The notes beneath the pieces were generated by a model, which was given only the letters and a program-made list of their open reading frames with translations, was not told where the DNA came from and did no database searches. A stretch of DNA of 64,000 nt, from contig NC_068988.1 in assembly GCF_001194135.2 (NCBI RefSeq), forward strand, positions 96,063,713 to 96,127,712, read 5' to 3'. The stretch is from Octopus bimaculoides (Eukaryota). Shown here in pieces: positions 48,378-61,268 of the stretch (within the stretch, counting starts at the first letter, position 1; each line of letters starts with the position of its first letter). The position numbers and the translations under genes were made by a program.

Positions 48378-51300
48378 TTATTAACAACAAAAGTTTGAAC
48401 TATTTTAGTTTCGTAATTATTTCCAACCTGTTGAATAAATAGAAACTGAAAGGGAACAAAATAGCTTGTTTAAAAGCACATCAGCTAATATTGTGCTGTA
48501 GTGAACGAGAAATAAATAGAGTACATCATCTAATTTCAAAGTTTTGTTTAAAGACAAAACATGTATTCATGAACGATTTACTAATTATTTCTTAATCCTA
48601 AAATAGTCTGTGGCGTGTTGTTTGTCCTGATGACTTTCTGATCCAAAGAGTCCAAACTCTTAACGAATCAACGTCGGGCCGTCTACGCAGTCGTTGACCA
48701 ATAAAACAGCCAAATATATGTCAATAACCTCTTTACTGTCTTGAAGTCTACATATTTCAAATCTTGTATCTCAGAACCTTATTCTCTATTAATAAAACAA
48801 GATAGCCACTGCTGGAATACATTATTCAAAACTTATTACATTTGACCTAAACTACTGTGTCAGCTATTTTCTCTCTGAGAACCCAAACTGATCGCAACTA
48901 TTCAACAACAATAACCGATTTAATCAATGCTAAAAAAAGTATATCATACGCATTAGTACCATGTCTGTATGATTTCACTTGCTCTAAATGTTATTTCCAG
49001 CAATGCAGCACAAAACAAATACCCCAAACCTAGTTGTCGGCAATATAACGACAGTTCAACAATGCTGGTTTCTGACTTAGGCACTTGACCATATATTTCG
49101 GAGAGAGAGAGTTAAATAGATTTAGTGGACTCTAGTACTTTACTTTTAATAATTATTGGTTTGTTCTGGAAGGGGAAATTGTACCTATGCCCTTTTGCAA
49201 GTCCTCCGGCTCCTTTCAGATTTTGCATAAGTGAATGTCCATAGCTGTCGGAAAAACTGTGCCGGATGAGAATTCCAGATGGTTGACATTCTGGATTTGA
49301 AGGATTGGACGACATGGTTAATGAAAAGGATAGGTGACGAAAGGAGTAGAAAAGATGAGTGAGTCGGAAGTATATAAATGGAAGTGGCTTGAAACCAACT
49401 AATTCCGAGGAGCGGAAGTTAATCATTGGCAGATTAAGGAGATAGTATATCTGTGAGCCAAAAAATTGAGTACGTTGGTGAGCGACATGGCTATATCAGT
49501 AGAACAATCCTAAATATGGGAACAGTACTCTAGTGTGGTTTAGTGGTTAGGGTGTTGAACTCATAATCGTAAGATTGTGGTTTCGGTTGCTGGAGAGGCG
49601 ATGCGTTGTATTCTCGAGCAAAACACTTCGTTTCACATTGCTCTGGTCCACCCAGCTAACAAAAACGAGTAAGATGGTGAAGTGGCGACATGCCTGACAA
49701 ACCGGCGGTAGATTCTGGACCTGCCTAAATAAACAAACAGAAAGAAACTTCAGGACTGACAGGTCATAGACGTATGTGTGTGTGTGTCTTTGTTGCAGTC
49801 GAAGACGTTGAAGGAAGTTGAGGGGTGGGTACCCTATGCCCCTAGTAATGCAGAAGAAGCTCTTGTGAAACTGTTGGAAATGGATGATGATAGGCACACG
49901 GCTAGAAATTTATGAGGATGGTTTTGTCAGTTAATTAACTTTACCCCCAATACTGGTACTTCCTTATTGATCCTGGGAAGATGAAATGTAAAGTTGCCCT
50001 CGATGAGATTTGAACTCAGAATAGAAAGCCGAAACAAATGTCAATTCTGTTTAAAATGATTTCTAACGAGCAGATTCGCTAGTTTTAGGGGTAGGAGTGA
50101 TTGATTATATTAACACCAATATTTCACTGATACATATTTTGTACCATCAACTCTTGGTAGATGATTGGTACTTCATGGTGGCGGTGACGGTGGTGAGGTT
50201 GATGACAACAGTTCTTAATTTAAGAACAAAACCAGTAGATCCCCTTGCTCGTTCCTATCCAATATTTTTGTTAATCGACGGTCATTCTCAACAGCTACAA
50301 GCAAATGTTGAAAGCCACATCAGTGCGGATGTGGCTTTCAAAGAGAAACCTGGAAGAAACACGAGTAAAAACGGGGAAATTTTGTATTTCTACTCTATTT
50401 TTGCTCATATTTCATTCTGGAAATATATTTACCACACTGATGCAGTCTGAACACGGTTTACCGATATTGGATTTATTGTAATAGAAATATATATTGAGAG
50501 TCGGCTGGTAGTGGCAGGACGATGATGACAACTGTGTAAATGATGAAGAAGAAGAAAAATCACGATTGTTATAAGCAGAAGATGAAGTTCATAATGATCG
50601 TAGTGGAGGTGACTGTTAATGATGAGAATGATTATGACAGTGATGATGGGGGGATAGGGCAATGAGGGCGGTGATAAAAGAACGAATAACAAAACCAGAA
50701 AATATCAGTTTGTCAACTGAATATATTAAATATCTTCTTGTTTTGTTTTTTTCTTTCCCAATACCGCCATCACCCTCTCTCTCTTCCATTTACTATAAAT
50801 ATAACACCATCACATGCCTCCTGTGTCTCTCTCCGACCTCCTCTTCCATAATATCCTGGACAGAAGCCTTTCTACAGACAAAAGCAGCAACGTTAATCAT
50901 CACCATTCTTCCAAGACTTCCTCTTGTTTGGGATTGGAAGCTGATGAGAGAGAGAAAGAGAGAGATTGGATTTCTTTGCAGTTCTTGTTGCTAAGGCAAC
51001 AGCGTTCATGTGACTTCTTCACTTATCAGATCAACTGATCGATTTCCATATTTCTCAAATCAATACCGTTATATAATTTTAATTTTTTTACTATTACTGT
51101 TTTGTTTTTTTTCATTTTTGTGTTTTCTTCAAATATTCCGTTTTAGTTTATTTTTTTAAAACTATTATTAATTTTATCGTATTTTAAATTTTAGCAGCAT
51201 TTACTATTTTTTAAATTCATTTCTGTCAAAAATTTTATACAAATCAATAACTTCCATTTTCCCAGATCGCGGTCAACAACAACACGATGAGTCGACAAGG

Positions 51301-54300
51301 GAGCATCTACGTGGTTGCTCAACCTGCTAGAAACGGTAGCCAAATCACTTTTAAATCATTCTTTTCTAAAAACACGAAAGACACATTAAATAACGTAGTT
51401 TAAGGTATATCGCGCGTTTTTAGTTGTTTTTTGTTTTTTGTATGTTCACGGCAATAATGTTTTTGATATTTGTACGTGGTTGTAATGTTAGAAATAACAA
51501 CCAAATCTCCTTCAGATCACATTCTGCCGTCCTGAAAGAGACAACAATATGATCTTGAGATTATTACAGCTGGAACGTCGGTTAACTCGACCAAACCACT
51601 GCCATCACTAAGAAAAACTGGAATGTCAACACAAAAAGCTGCCAAATTATTCAATTACTGCTGCCATCACCAACACCAGCTTGATCACTACAAACTATCG
51701 TCAACATTATCGCTTTTACTAAACCAAAAATGATTTCTAATTTACGCACAAACCCAGCAATTTTGTGTAAAGTGGATAATTCGACAGCGTTGACCCCAGT
51801 TGCTTGACTGATACTTTATTTTGTTGACCCAGAGGGATAAAGGACAAAGTTGACCTCAGAACGCAAAGTGTCGGAAGAAAACCCACAAAGCATTTTGTCC
51901 GACGCTCTACCGATTCCGCTGACTGCGAGCCGATGAAAGAATCTATACATAGTCATTTGACCTAATCAGAAAAGCAGCCCTGTCTTAAAAGAAAAAAGAA
52001 CGGACACAATGGACAGTGTCGTGTTGTCTTAGATACACAACGATCGGTGGATATAGAGGGGGGGGGACTGGATAGTCATGGTGGGAACACTTTTAGACCC
52101 ATAAGTCTGCTGAGTCAAGGCTGATCAGGGCCAACAACAATAATACATTTAATTAGTTATAACATCGCTACCACTGGGAACCTCTCGAACCAGCTAGAAA
52201 TAACAATCAAATCCTCCATTAAATAATGTAGTCGACTGCCAGAAAAAAAAAAGACGGAATAATTATGGCTGAAATGTCTTTTAACATATGTTTGCTCGAT
52301 CAAGGAAAACTTGGGGTTTAAACATCAGCAACAACACCTTCATCAACATTAGCACTATCAGCAATATTGCGACGACGACGACTAACAATCTCACCACTCC
52401 TATTAGTACCAAACCATTTACCATCTTTTATACTACCACAAGTGTACTAACAACACCGTCACTCCCCACTACCACCACCACCAACCATTCCCTTCGTTGT
52501 TACATCCTCCTCCTCCTCCTCTTTTACTCTACTACTGTCTCCTCTTTGTACTTTCCTTTTCACATTATGAATGCTCAATGAGATACTTGTCTTCTGGTTT
52601 TTGTTTGTTTTGTTTATTTTTCCAGAAAACCACTCACTACAAACGGGCACCGCCACCACCACCACCATCACCATCGAATACCAGCAGCAAGAGACAACGA
52701 GGGAGGCTTCTCTATACGGTCGGCTAACCTACTAGAAATAGCTGCCAAATCTCTCTTCAGTCATCCTTTATTGTTTTAAATATGAACACATTGGATAACG
52801 TAGTCCTTTATGCGTTTATGTCTAAAAAGATAAGAATGGAACCTCTTTGATCATAATTCTTCACAACCACGGCAGACCAGGGGCTAAACAGCTTCGATAA
52901 TACTAGCACTACTGCCATCGTTTTATTATTCTGTCTAGAATATATTTACTGATTTTGCCTTCGGATTTTCTTCTCTTTTCTTTCATCTTTTCACATGAAT
53001 ATTTCCTTTACAGTAGACACATACTCACATACAACCACACGTTCACAATTCTGTTATATAATTAGAGTTCATTCTGCTCTCCTCATCCTCACCCTTTCTC
53101 TTTTATTCCTCCTTCTCTCCTTCATTCACCTCCCTCCACCCATCAACTTTTTATTATCTCTTCTTATACCTCCCCATCCTCCCACTACTACTATTACTTG
53201 TACCACGTTTTTATTATTTTTCCCTCTAGCGCTCTCTCTATTTCTCTTTCCTATAATTCCCCCTCCCTCTCCCCTATAATTATACCTCTATCTTTCTCTG
53301 TCTCTCTCTCTGATCTTCTTCTGATTATATATATATATACATACATGTGTCTTTCTCTCTCTCTCTCTCCCCCGTACTCAGTTTTAATTCTTCTCCAGAC
53401 TTCCGTTTCAGCAGACCACTGCATCGAATGGAAGTGGGTTGAGGCATTGAACAACAGAAAGGAAAATAAAATAAAGAACAAAGTAAGAAGGTAAACAATT
53501 ATGCGTATGTGTACCTGTATGTATGTGCGTGTGCGTGTGTGTGTACACATGCGTATGTAGTACATGCGTGCGCTTGTTTATGTATGTACATATGAATGTA
53601 TATATGTATACATACATGTGTGTGTGTGATTGCTGTTGTAGCTGAAGAATGACATAACGTTGGGCCAAGGTAGAGAGATAGCGGCAATTGGTTTTGAGAT
53701 TATATAGACAGAGAAGTGAAGTGAGAGGCAAGATGACAGTTGTATTACTGTTCATCTTGTAGTGATGCCGAAGATGACATCAAACTTGCCATAGACTTGT
53801 ATGTGAGTCTATATTTTGCCCATAAATTCTCAGAAGCACTGCTTTCTATCTTCACATGAACGGTAAGTGTGTGCGAGCTTGAGATTAGGTTTTGATTTGC
53901 ACTACAGACATCCTACGATATATTTCCTTTTCATTCCACAGACTTGTGTTGCCTATTGGATCGGTTTTTATCTCTTAATGCTGTGACATGAAACAGATGA
54001 GAGAGAAGAGAAATCTTACACGAAGTAACATTTCATTCTATCACAGTTTAATATTTCTAATCCATTTTTTACAGAGTAGCTGTTGCTTCTATCGATGAAT
54101 TGTTTAGAGTTCAGCGAAACTGGTCTTGGCCAGTCACAAACCGGCATGGGTACAATTTGGTGTCTCGCTTCATAATTTTCATAGTAATGCATATTTCTTT
54201 TAATGAAATGTTGCAAAGACAAGCTTTCAAACTTGTAGATGACAATTATGCTGATGAATTCTTTTACTTAGAGACAGACAGACAGAGAAGCCCATACATT

Positions 54301-55929
54301 TTAAACCATTCAATAACTTTTGATTAAACGAATCAACTGGTATTATTCTTTTTATTTTGTTGAACTGCTAAGTCATGGGGACATAAACACACGAACACCA
54401 ATTGTCAAGTGGTGGTGGTGAGGGCAGATACAAACAACATCTCCATGGATTTTCATAGATGGAAAATTATTGATTGTCAAATTTCTTTTATTTGCAGAAA
54501 TCATAATGCTTTAAACACAGTTGTGAAATTTCTATAACCTGAAGCAGACATTGCTCTTAATTTTGTTGTGGATCTCTTTCTATGTATATCATAAGAATGA
54601 CAGAAAAAAGTTATTGACTGAAAACTGGCAGAACTGAGAAGATGAAGCAAAGAACAAACAGTTTTAGAAGGAGAATAGATTTCAAAGAAACCAAAGAAAT
54701 AAAATTAAAATAAACCCTGTGTTATTTTCTTTCTGTTTCTAAGAAGGATTTCTTGATTTCTTCACAAAACAACCGAGACAGAAGCGTAGAATAACAGAGA
54801 TATTTCAATTGAAAATTGCTTTAATTTTTATCCTTCATTTTATTATTTTTTAGCTTAGCATTTTTTCTTAGAAATCTTATTGCTGCATCCACAAATCTAT
54901 AAATAAATGTCTTTGTACACCATTACAGTACATGCATTAGAAATATTCCTTTCATTCCCTGTATGTGTGTGTATGTATGTATGTATGTGTAAAGGTGCAT
55001 GGCCTAGTGGTAGGGGTGTTACGTTCACAATCACTACATTGTAGGTTCAATTCCCAGAGTGGCGCATTGTGTTCATGCGCCAAACCCTTCATTTCATGTG
55101 GCTCAGTCCACTCAGCTGTAAATGGGTACACCCTACAATGGACTAGACTTCCGATCTAGGAGGAATGTTGTCCTGCTCACCCAGCCAACAAGGTGGTATC
55201 CGACAGCTAAAAACAAAAATTCAATGGAAAGCGCATTGTGACTAGTGATATATAACAAAATCCAATAGTCTGGCCAGTCACATGATCACGATGTTTGTAT
55301 ATACATATGTATGCATGTATGGATGAATGTCTAGATATTGTGTGCTAAATAACAGGAGTGTTTTGGCAGCTGGAGTCTGGCCGGCTCTAGTGATACCATC
55401 CCACCCATGCTAGCATGGAACACAGATGTTAAATGATGATGATGATGTTAATACCCTTTCGAATGCCATTTGCTCACTCTTTCAGCTGAATATCACTACA
55501 TTGCAAACCAATGTCACTAAATAAACCATACCACAGCTTCTAGACATAGCAGTCACTGCTACCTACTAACATTATGTCTGACAACATGGACCTAAGCATA
55601 AAGAAACTAGTTCATGTCATTTCCAGGACCAAAATAACACCATGCATGCAACTTGGGTTGACCAATAGAAGCCTAACATCTAGAAGCTATCTTGAATTTG
55701 TTTCTTGTCTTGTTATTCTCTCTCTCTCTCTCTCTGTAGATGCCTGATGAGTTAGATTCATTCTAAAAGCCTTTGAAAGTTTAATTTGCATGGAAATGAG
55801 TCAAATTGTTATTAAATAATATGTGTAACTCCTAAAGATCAGGTAACGAAAATCAAAAGTAAGTTACCTGGTAATCTTTGTTTTGTACTTTTTTTTTTAT
55901 TGTTGTTGCTGTTGTTCTCTTGTCTGTCC

Positions 55930-55961
55930 AATATTTCGGGACTTAAAAGTCCCTTCATCAG
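55930..55961 (-). ncRNA. Minimal hammerhead ribozyme motif (dimer type), intact core
   Basis: Minus strand: CTGATGA A GGGACT TTTA AGTCCC GAAATATT; perfect 6-bp stem II. Confidence 0.65.
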
Positions 55962-56099
55962 GGTTTAAGGAACTTTCACAGGATAATGTTCCAATTTCCA
56001 TCAAAAACGCTTGAAAACAGCTTAAGAAAAAAATTTAAATCAAAATCTTATCCCAAAGAGAGGAAATTGGAACATTATCCAATGGAAGTTCCTTAAACC

Positions 56100-56131
56100 C
56101 TGATGAAGGGACTTTTAGGTCCCGAAATATT
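56100..56131 (+). ncRNA. Minimal hammerhead ribozyme motif (dimer type), intact core
   Basis: CTGATGA, extra A, stem II GGGACT/GGTCCC with TTTA loop, GAAA, palindromic ATAT stem III, predicted AUU cleavage triplet; stem I only 2 bp. Confidence 0.65.
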
Positions 56132-56500
56132 GGACAGATAAAACAACAACAATAAAAAAGACAAAATAAAGATTACCAGGTAACTTACTTCTAATTTTCA
56201 TTACCTCATCTTATAGTCCATTTTTGCATTGTTTAGCTTTCTATCTCTTTCAGCATTACATATCATATACAATGTTTCAAGCAAACTATAACATTTCATT
56301 ATTTTTTTGATAAACTTTTTATAAAGGGTTGCAGCTGAAAGAGTTGACTCAACTAATGGATTATGTTTTGAATGTGTTCTGAAATGACCAATAACAATGT
56401 CAGACAGATTAGCAGGTGCTGAATTGTACAATCACAAATAACAGGAGAAAATAATATTAATAAACCTCAGTGATGCCCACAGCTAATAAGAAAACATATT

Positions 56501-56855
56501 CTCTTCTTTTACTTGTTTCAGTCATTTGACTGTGGCCATGCTGGAGCACCGCCTTTAGTTGAACAAATCAACCCCAGGACTTATACTTTGTAAGCCTAGT
56601 ACTTATTCTATTGGTCTCTTTTGCCAAACTGCTAAGTTACAGGAACGATGGTGGGAGTGGGGAGACAAATACAGACACCCAAACATATACATATATATAC
56701 AACAGGCTTCTTTCAGTTTCCGTCTACCAAATCCACTCACAAGGCTTTGGTCTGCCCGAGGCTATGGAAGAAGACACTTGCCCAAAGTGCCATGCAGTGG
56801 GACTGAACTTGGAATCATGTAGTTGGTAAGCAAGTTACTTACCACTCCTGTGCCT
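56501..56855 (-). mobile_element. tRNA-derived SINE, family B
   Basis: Colinear with 11901-12254. Confidence 0.8.
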
Positions 56856-57943
56856 ATGAATGCAAACATATAAATAAAAAAAGGTAATCTTACCTTTTAT
56901 TAATTTCATTTTCAGTTTGTAACAAAATGTATTTTTTTATTATTGTGGTTCATGTAAATATTTTTAATCAGTGATCTTTAATCTCACTAATTTTAACGAA
57001 GAGACAAATGAGGTCATATTGCTATGTAGTGGTTGAAGTAATCATGTGTGGGTGTGTTTAGGTATAGAGGGAGGAAGAGGAGGAGGTGGTGATGATGATA
57101 TTGAGAAGATGCAGGAATTTGGTAATCAATTTTTTGCAAGCTGAGTTCCTGACCTAGTTTTGATTTCCAATTGGAACCAATTCTTTTGAAGATCTGAAAT
57201 TGGCAACTTCCTATTTGAAAAGACGTTCAACCTCTTAGAAATAACAGCCAAATCTCCCTCATATTCTACTCTATCAAATGAAATATTGCACTATGTAGTA
57301 TTAGAGACCTCTAAATAGATGGGTTGGTCATGGCTAGAATACCTCTAATTATAAATTTGCAGAGTTAGGATTGACTTGCTTCAACAACAAGACTTTTTAA
57401 AATAAATTATTGAAGTTGGTCAGCTTTTGTGCCACAAATGCAAGTACAATAGACAATCATCATCATTTAATGTCCACTTCTCTCCATATTTGCATGGGGT
57501 CAGTTGGAATTTGTTGAGGCAGATTTTCTATGGCTGGATGCCTTTCCTGTTGTCAGCTCTCAACTGTTTCCAAGCAGGATCATATTTCCCCATGGCCAGA
57601 CATGGTCTACATCTATTTGTATGCTTGTATGCGCAATCTTCCATGAAAAGCTGTCCAGCCATGAGGAAATATCTTTCTTGTAAACAGGTAAGGGTTGATG
57701 ACAGGAAGAGCATCCAACCATAGAGAATCTCTCTCTCAGCAAATTCCATGCGAATATAGAGAAGTGGGCAATAAACAATGATGATGCTCGAGTTTCCTGA
57801 TTATTGCTTTCAGTTTTGGCACAAGGCCAGCATGACCTCATCAGAATCTGAACTCAGAACGTAAAGTCAAAATGCTGCCAAGCATTTTGCTCAATGTGGT
57901 AACGACTGCACCAGTTCTCACCACCTTAAGTTTCTTAATTATT

Positions 57944-58164
57944 CTTTTCTACCCTAGGCACAAGGCCCGAAATTTTTTTTTGGGGGGGGAGGGCCGCAGT
58001 CGATTAGATCGACCCCAGTATGCAACTGGTACTTAAGTTATCGACCCTGAAAGGATGAATGGCAAAGTTGACCTTGGCGGAATTTGAACTCAGAACGTAA
58101 CGACAGACAAAATACCCGCTAAGCATTTCACCTGCCATGCTCACGTTTCTGCCAGCTCGCTGCC
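57944..58164 (-). mobile_element. tRNA-derived SINE, family A
   Basis: Reverse complement of the same head and core; flanking repeat tttcttaattatt at 57931-57943 and 58170-58182. Confidence 0.83.
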
Positions 58165-59313
58165 TTAACTTTCTTAATTATTAAACCACTGTTGTTATTG
58201 TTTAATAACAGTTCAATCCTCATCAACTCTGCTATGACACCCAATCTAACGCCACCTTTATCATACCATAATGCTTGCATTTATTTGTTAAAAATTTGAC
58301 CTTTTACACTGATTCAAGTCCATAAATTATTAAAAAAAAAAAAATCGGTGGTGAACTTGTTTTATTGTCCTGAAAGGTGTAACCATCTACAGCAGGATTT
58401 GAACACAGAACATATAGATTCATAATACTGCAAGGTACTTAGTCTAGCTCTCTCTTATATGTCAATCGGCATTTTGAAATTTCGCCCCCACCCCCACAAT
58501 TTCTACATTTTTGACTTTTTTTCCCCCCTAACCCTAACTAAAAACATTTTTGGAAATATTTTTTGAAAAAAAAAAAAGTAGGGGGGAGGATTTTCAAAAT
58601 GCCGATTTTTGCCAATTTATTTTTTTGCAGATTCGTATTCTCCGTAGCCGAAAACGGGGGTTTGTGTAGAAAAAAAGTTTTTTTTTAAGGGGTGGGTGGG
58701 GGTACAAAAGGAATATATATATATATATATATATATATTGTATACTACCCTCGTAACTATATATTCCTATAGAATATAGATTCGCTCACAGAACGATAAT
58801 TGGTTCACTCACTTCTGCTGCAAGATGTAGGTAACGTTTTGTACTTCTTCACGCCAAGAACTGCACAAGCGAGAGGTATTTTTGTCAAACGGTTTTATCA
58901 ACTTGCAAGAAATAGTATTCACCACTGCCATTCCCTCAAATTCTACTTTGCTGTCGTAAAACAGGAAGTACACATTATATAATGTACTTGACTACCAGAC
59001 AAAAATAACTAACAGTCATGGTCGCAATTGAAAGGTCATTCTTTATAAATCACAATAATAGTAACTTCAGATTAAGATTAACTAACAATAAATACTAAGC
59101 GAATACGATCGCCTCTCATTTCTAAAGCCAGACATCTGTCACTCAGTGGAAAAAGAGGTTTCCTTCGTTATTCTAACGGAAAGACACAGATATTCTATTA
59201 AAGTACGCGATTGATCAGACAAAATACTTTAATCAGCAAATCTTATTTCTATTTAAAAAGTTTCGCACCTTTTCCCTCTCGATAGAATCGTGAAGAAAAT
59301 TGCTAACAATTAT

Positions 59314-59377
59314 CTTCCGGAAGTTGTTTTACTGAATTTCTTAGAATTTTACCAAAATAAATCCAGTTATCTCCCTT
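59314..59377. promoter_or_regulatory. Promoter-like motif cluster: CTTCCGGAAG(T) ETS-type palindrome plus AGTTATCTCCCTT
   Basis: CCGGAAGT at 59317-59324; AGTTATCTCCCTT at 59365-59377; CpG dinucleotides visibly more frequent in 58600-59900. Confidence 0.45.
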
Positions 59378-60105
59378 AACTGAATCCCATTATAATTTTT
59401 TTTTTTCATATATATTTTAATTATGTGAAATGTTAAGTTTGTTTGGAGACCTTTGTAGCTTTGAGAAATATATATATATATATACACACACACACATATA
59501 TGTATATATATACTGTAACGGCTATTTAATATCTCGAAGTAAAATAAGGAAAATAGTTTAAAATCGCTTCAGAATGAAAAAAATAAAGGCATAGAAATCT
59601 AGATGTTCTAAAAGCAAACGCTAGAAAAAGACAAGATTATAGCAGCCATGGGCAAATCGCGGTAAACAGGACTTTCTAATTGACACATCTAACGATAAAT
59701 TACCTTGAATTGTAGTGCAGCCCGAATAATAATGACCCGTCTCGTCGGAGAACAAAAAGTTGCCCGTGCTTGCTGCATGGCTATCAGCAATGTAAACACA
59801 TTCAGTATAAAGAAAAAGAAAAGTAATGAACTCAATGTAGCTCACGTTAACAAGACTAGTCTGAGGAGTCCAGTGGGATTATAAGGAAATTGAAAGACTT
59901 CGTAACTTGTGAATGTACAGAAGCCCTCTGCAAGGGTCCTTAGTTGTGACGTTACCTAATTGCGGAAAAGGATGTTCTTCGAAGTATATGAGTAACCTAA
60001 TGTATATGAAGGAAGAAGTCTGGTGGCCACATTGCCTCCACCGACAAAAGGATTCTTTCTAAGAATTATAATACTTGTATATTAAATATAATGTTTCATG
60101 ATAAC

Positions 60106-60136
<31 letters not shown>

Positions 60137-60313
60137 GAAATGAACTGGGTAAGTTATGGGAGCCTGTTGACGACACAATGAGATGAAAGGGTGGTTAGAA
60201 GAAATGTTATTGGCTAGACCTCGATCGGTCCTGACCGAAAAAAACAAACCTATGTGTTCCAACGGTGACCATTCCACCTTAATTTCCGAGTACGTCCAGG
60301 ACCACACTTATGT

Positions 60314-61268
60314 CATCATCATTTAACGTCCGCTTTCCATGCTAGCATGGATTGGACCATTTGACTGAGAACTGGCGAACCAGATGGCTGCACCAGGCTC
60401 CAATCTGATCTGGCAGTTTCTACAGTTGGATGCCCTTCCTAATGCCAACCACTCTGAGAGTGTAAAGGGTGCTTTTACGTGTCACCGGCACAAGGGCCAG
60501 TCAGGCGATACTGGCAACGGCCACACTCAAATGGTGTTTTTTACGTGCCACATGCACAGGAGCCAGTCCAGCGGCACTGGCAACGACCTTGCTTGAATGT
60601 TTTGTCATGTGCCAATAAGGCAACGTTGGTAACGATCACGCTCAAATGATGCTTTTTACATGCCACCGGCACGGAAGCCAGACAGATGCTCTGGCAATGA
60701 TCACGCTCAGATGGTGCTGTTAGCACTCCACTGGCACATGTGCCAGTCATTGAATTTGATTTGATTTCACTTGCCTCAACAGGTCTTCGCAAGCAGAGTT
60801 TAGTGCCCAATGAAGGAAAGGTACGCATAAGTGGGCTGCTTACACCCCTGGCATAGGCCATGGGTTATGGTCTCACTTGGCTTGCCAGGTCTTCTCATGT
60901 ACAGCAGATTTCCAAAGGTCTTGGTCACTAGTCATTGCCTCGGTGAGGCCTAATGTTCGAAGGTCATGCTTCTCCACCTCATCCCAGGTTTTCCTCTTCC
61001 AGATTCCCCTCAACCACTAGGGTGTAGCACTTTTTCACACAGCTATCCTCATCCATTCTCGCCACATGACCATACCAGCGCAGTCATCTCTCTTGCACAC
61101 CACAACTGATGCTTCTTAGGTTCAACTTTTCTCTCAAGGTACTTACACTCTGTCAAGTATGCACACTAACATTACACATCCATCGGAGCATACTAGCTTC
61201 TTTCCTTGCGAGCTTACACATGTCCTCAGCCGTCACAGCCATGTTTCACTGCCATGTAGCATGGCTGT
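60314..61268 (-). mobile_element. 5'-truncated RTE-clade LINE, same family as 42205-43130
   Basis: Minus strand AMLHGSETW..., LRWMCNV..., WYGHVARM remnants plus the shared 3' UTR ending in atgatgatg. Confidence 0.85.

Larger units (their letters stand above)
55834..56211. mobile_element. Foldback element (Penelope-like inverted pseudo-LTR derivative), one hammerhead motif per arm
   Basis: Arms about 55834-55999 and 56062-56211 are reverse complements around a roughly 62-bp spacer; each carries CTGATGA-A-GGGAC..GTCCC-GAAATATT. Confidence 0.75.

Noticed and set aside
50308-50353. Helitron 3' end (hairpin followed by CTGG)
   Set aside because: CTRR is not followed by the T expected at an A/T target, and no other Helitron features are visible.
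56205-56431. Minus-strand 76-aa ORF as a coding exon
   Set aside because: No recognisable homology, and its donor site lies within the arm of the foldback element.
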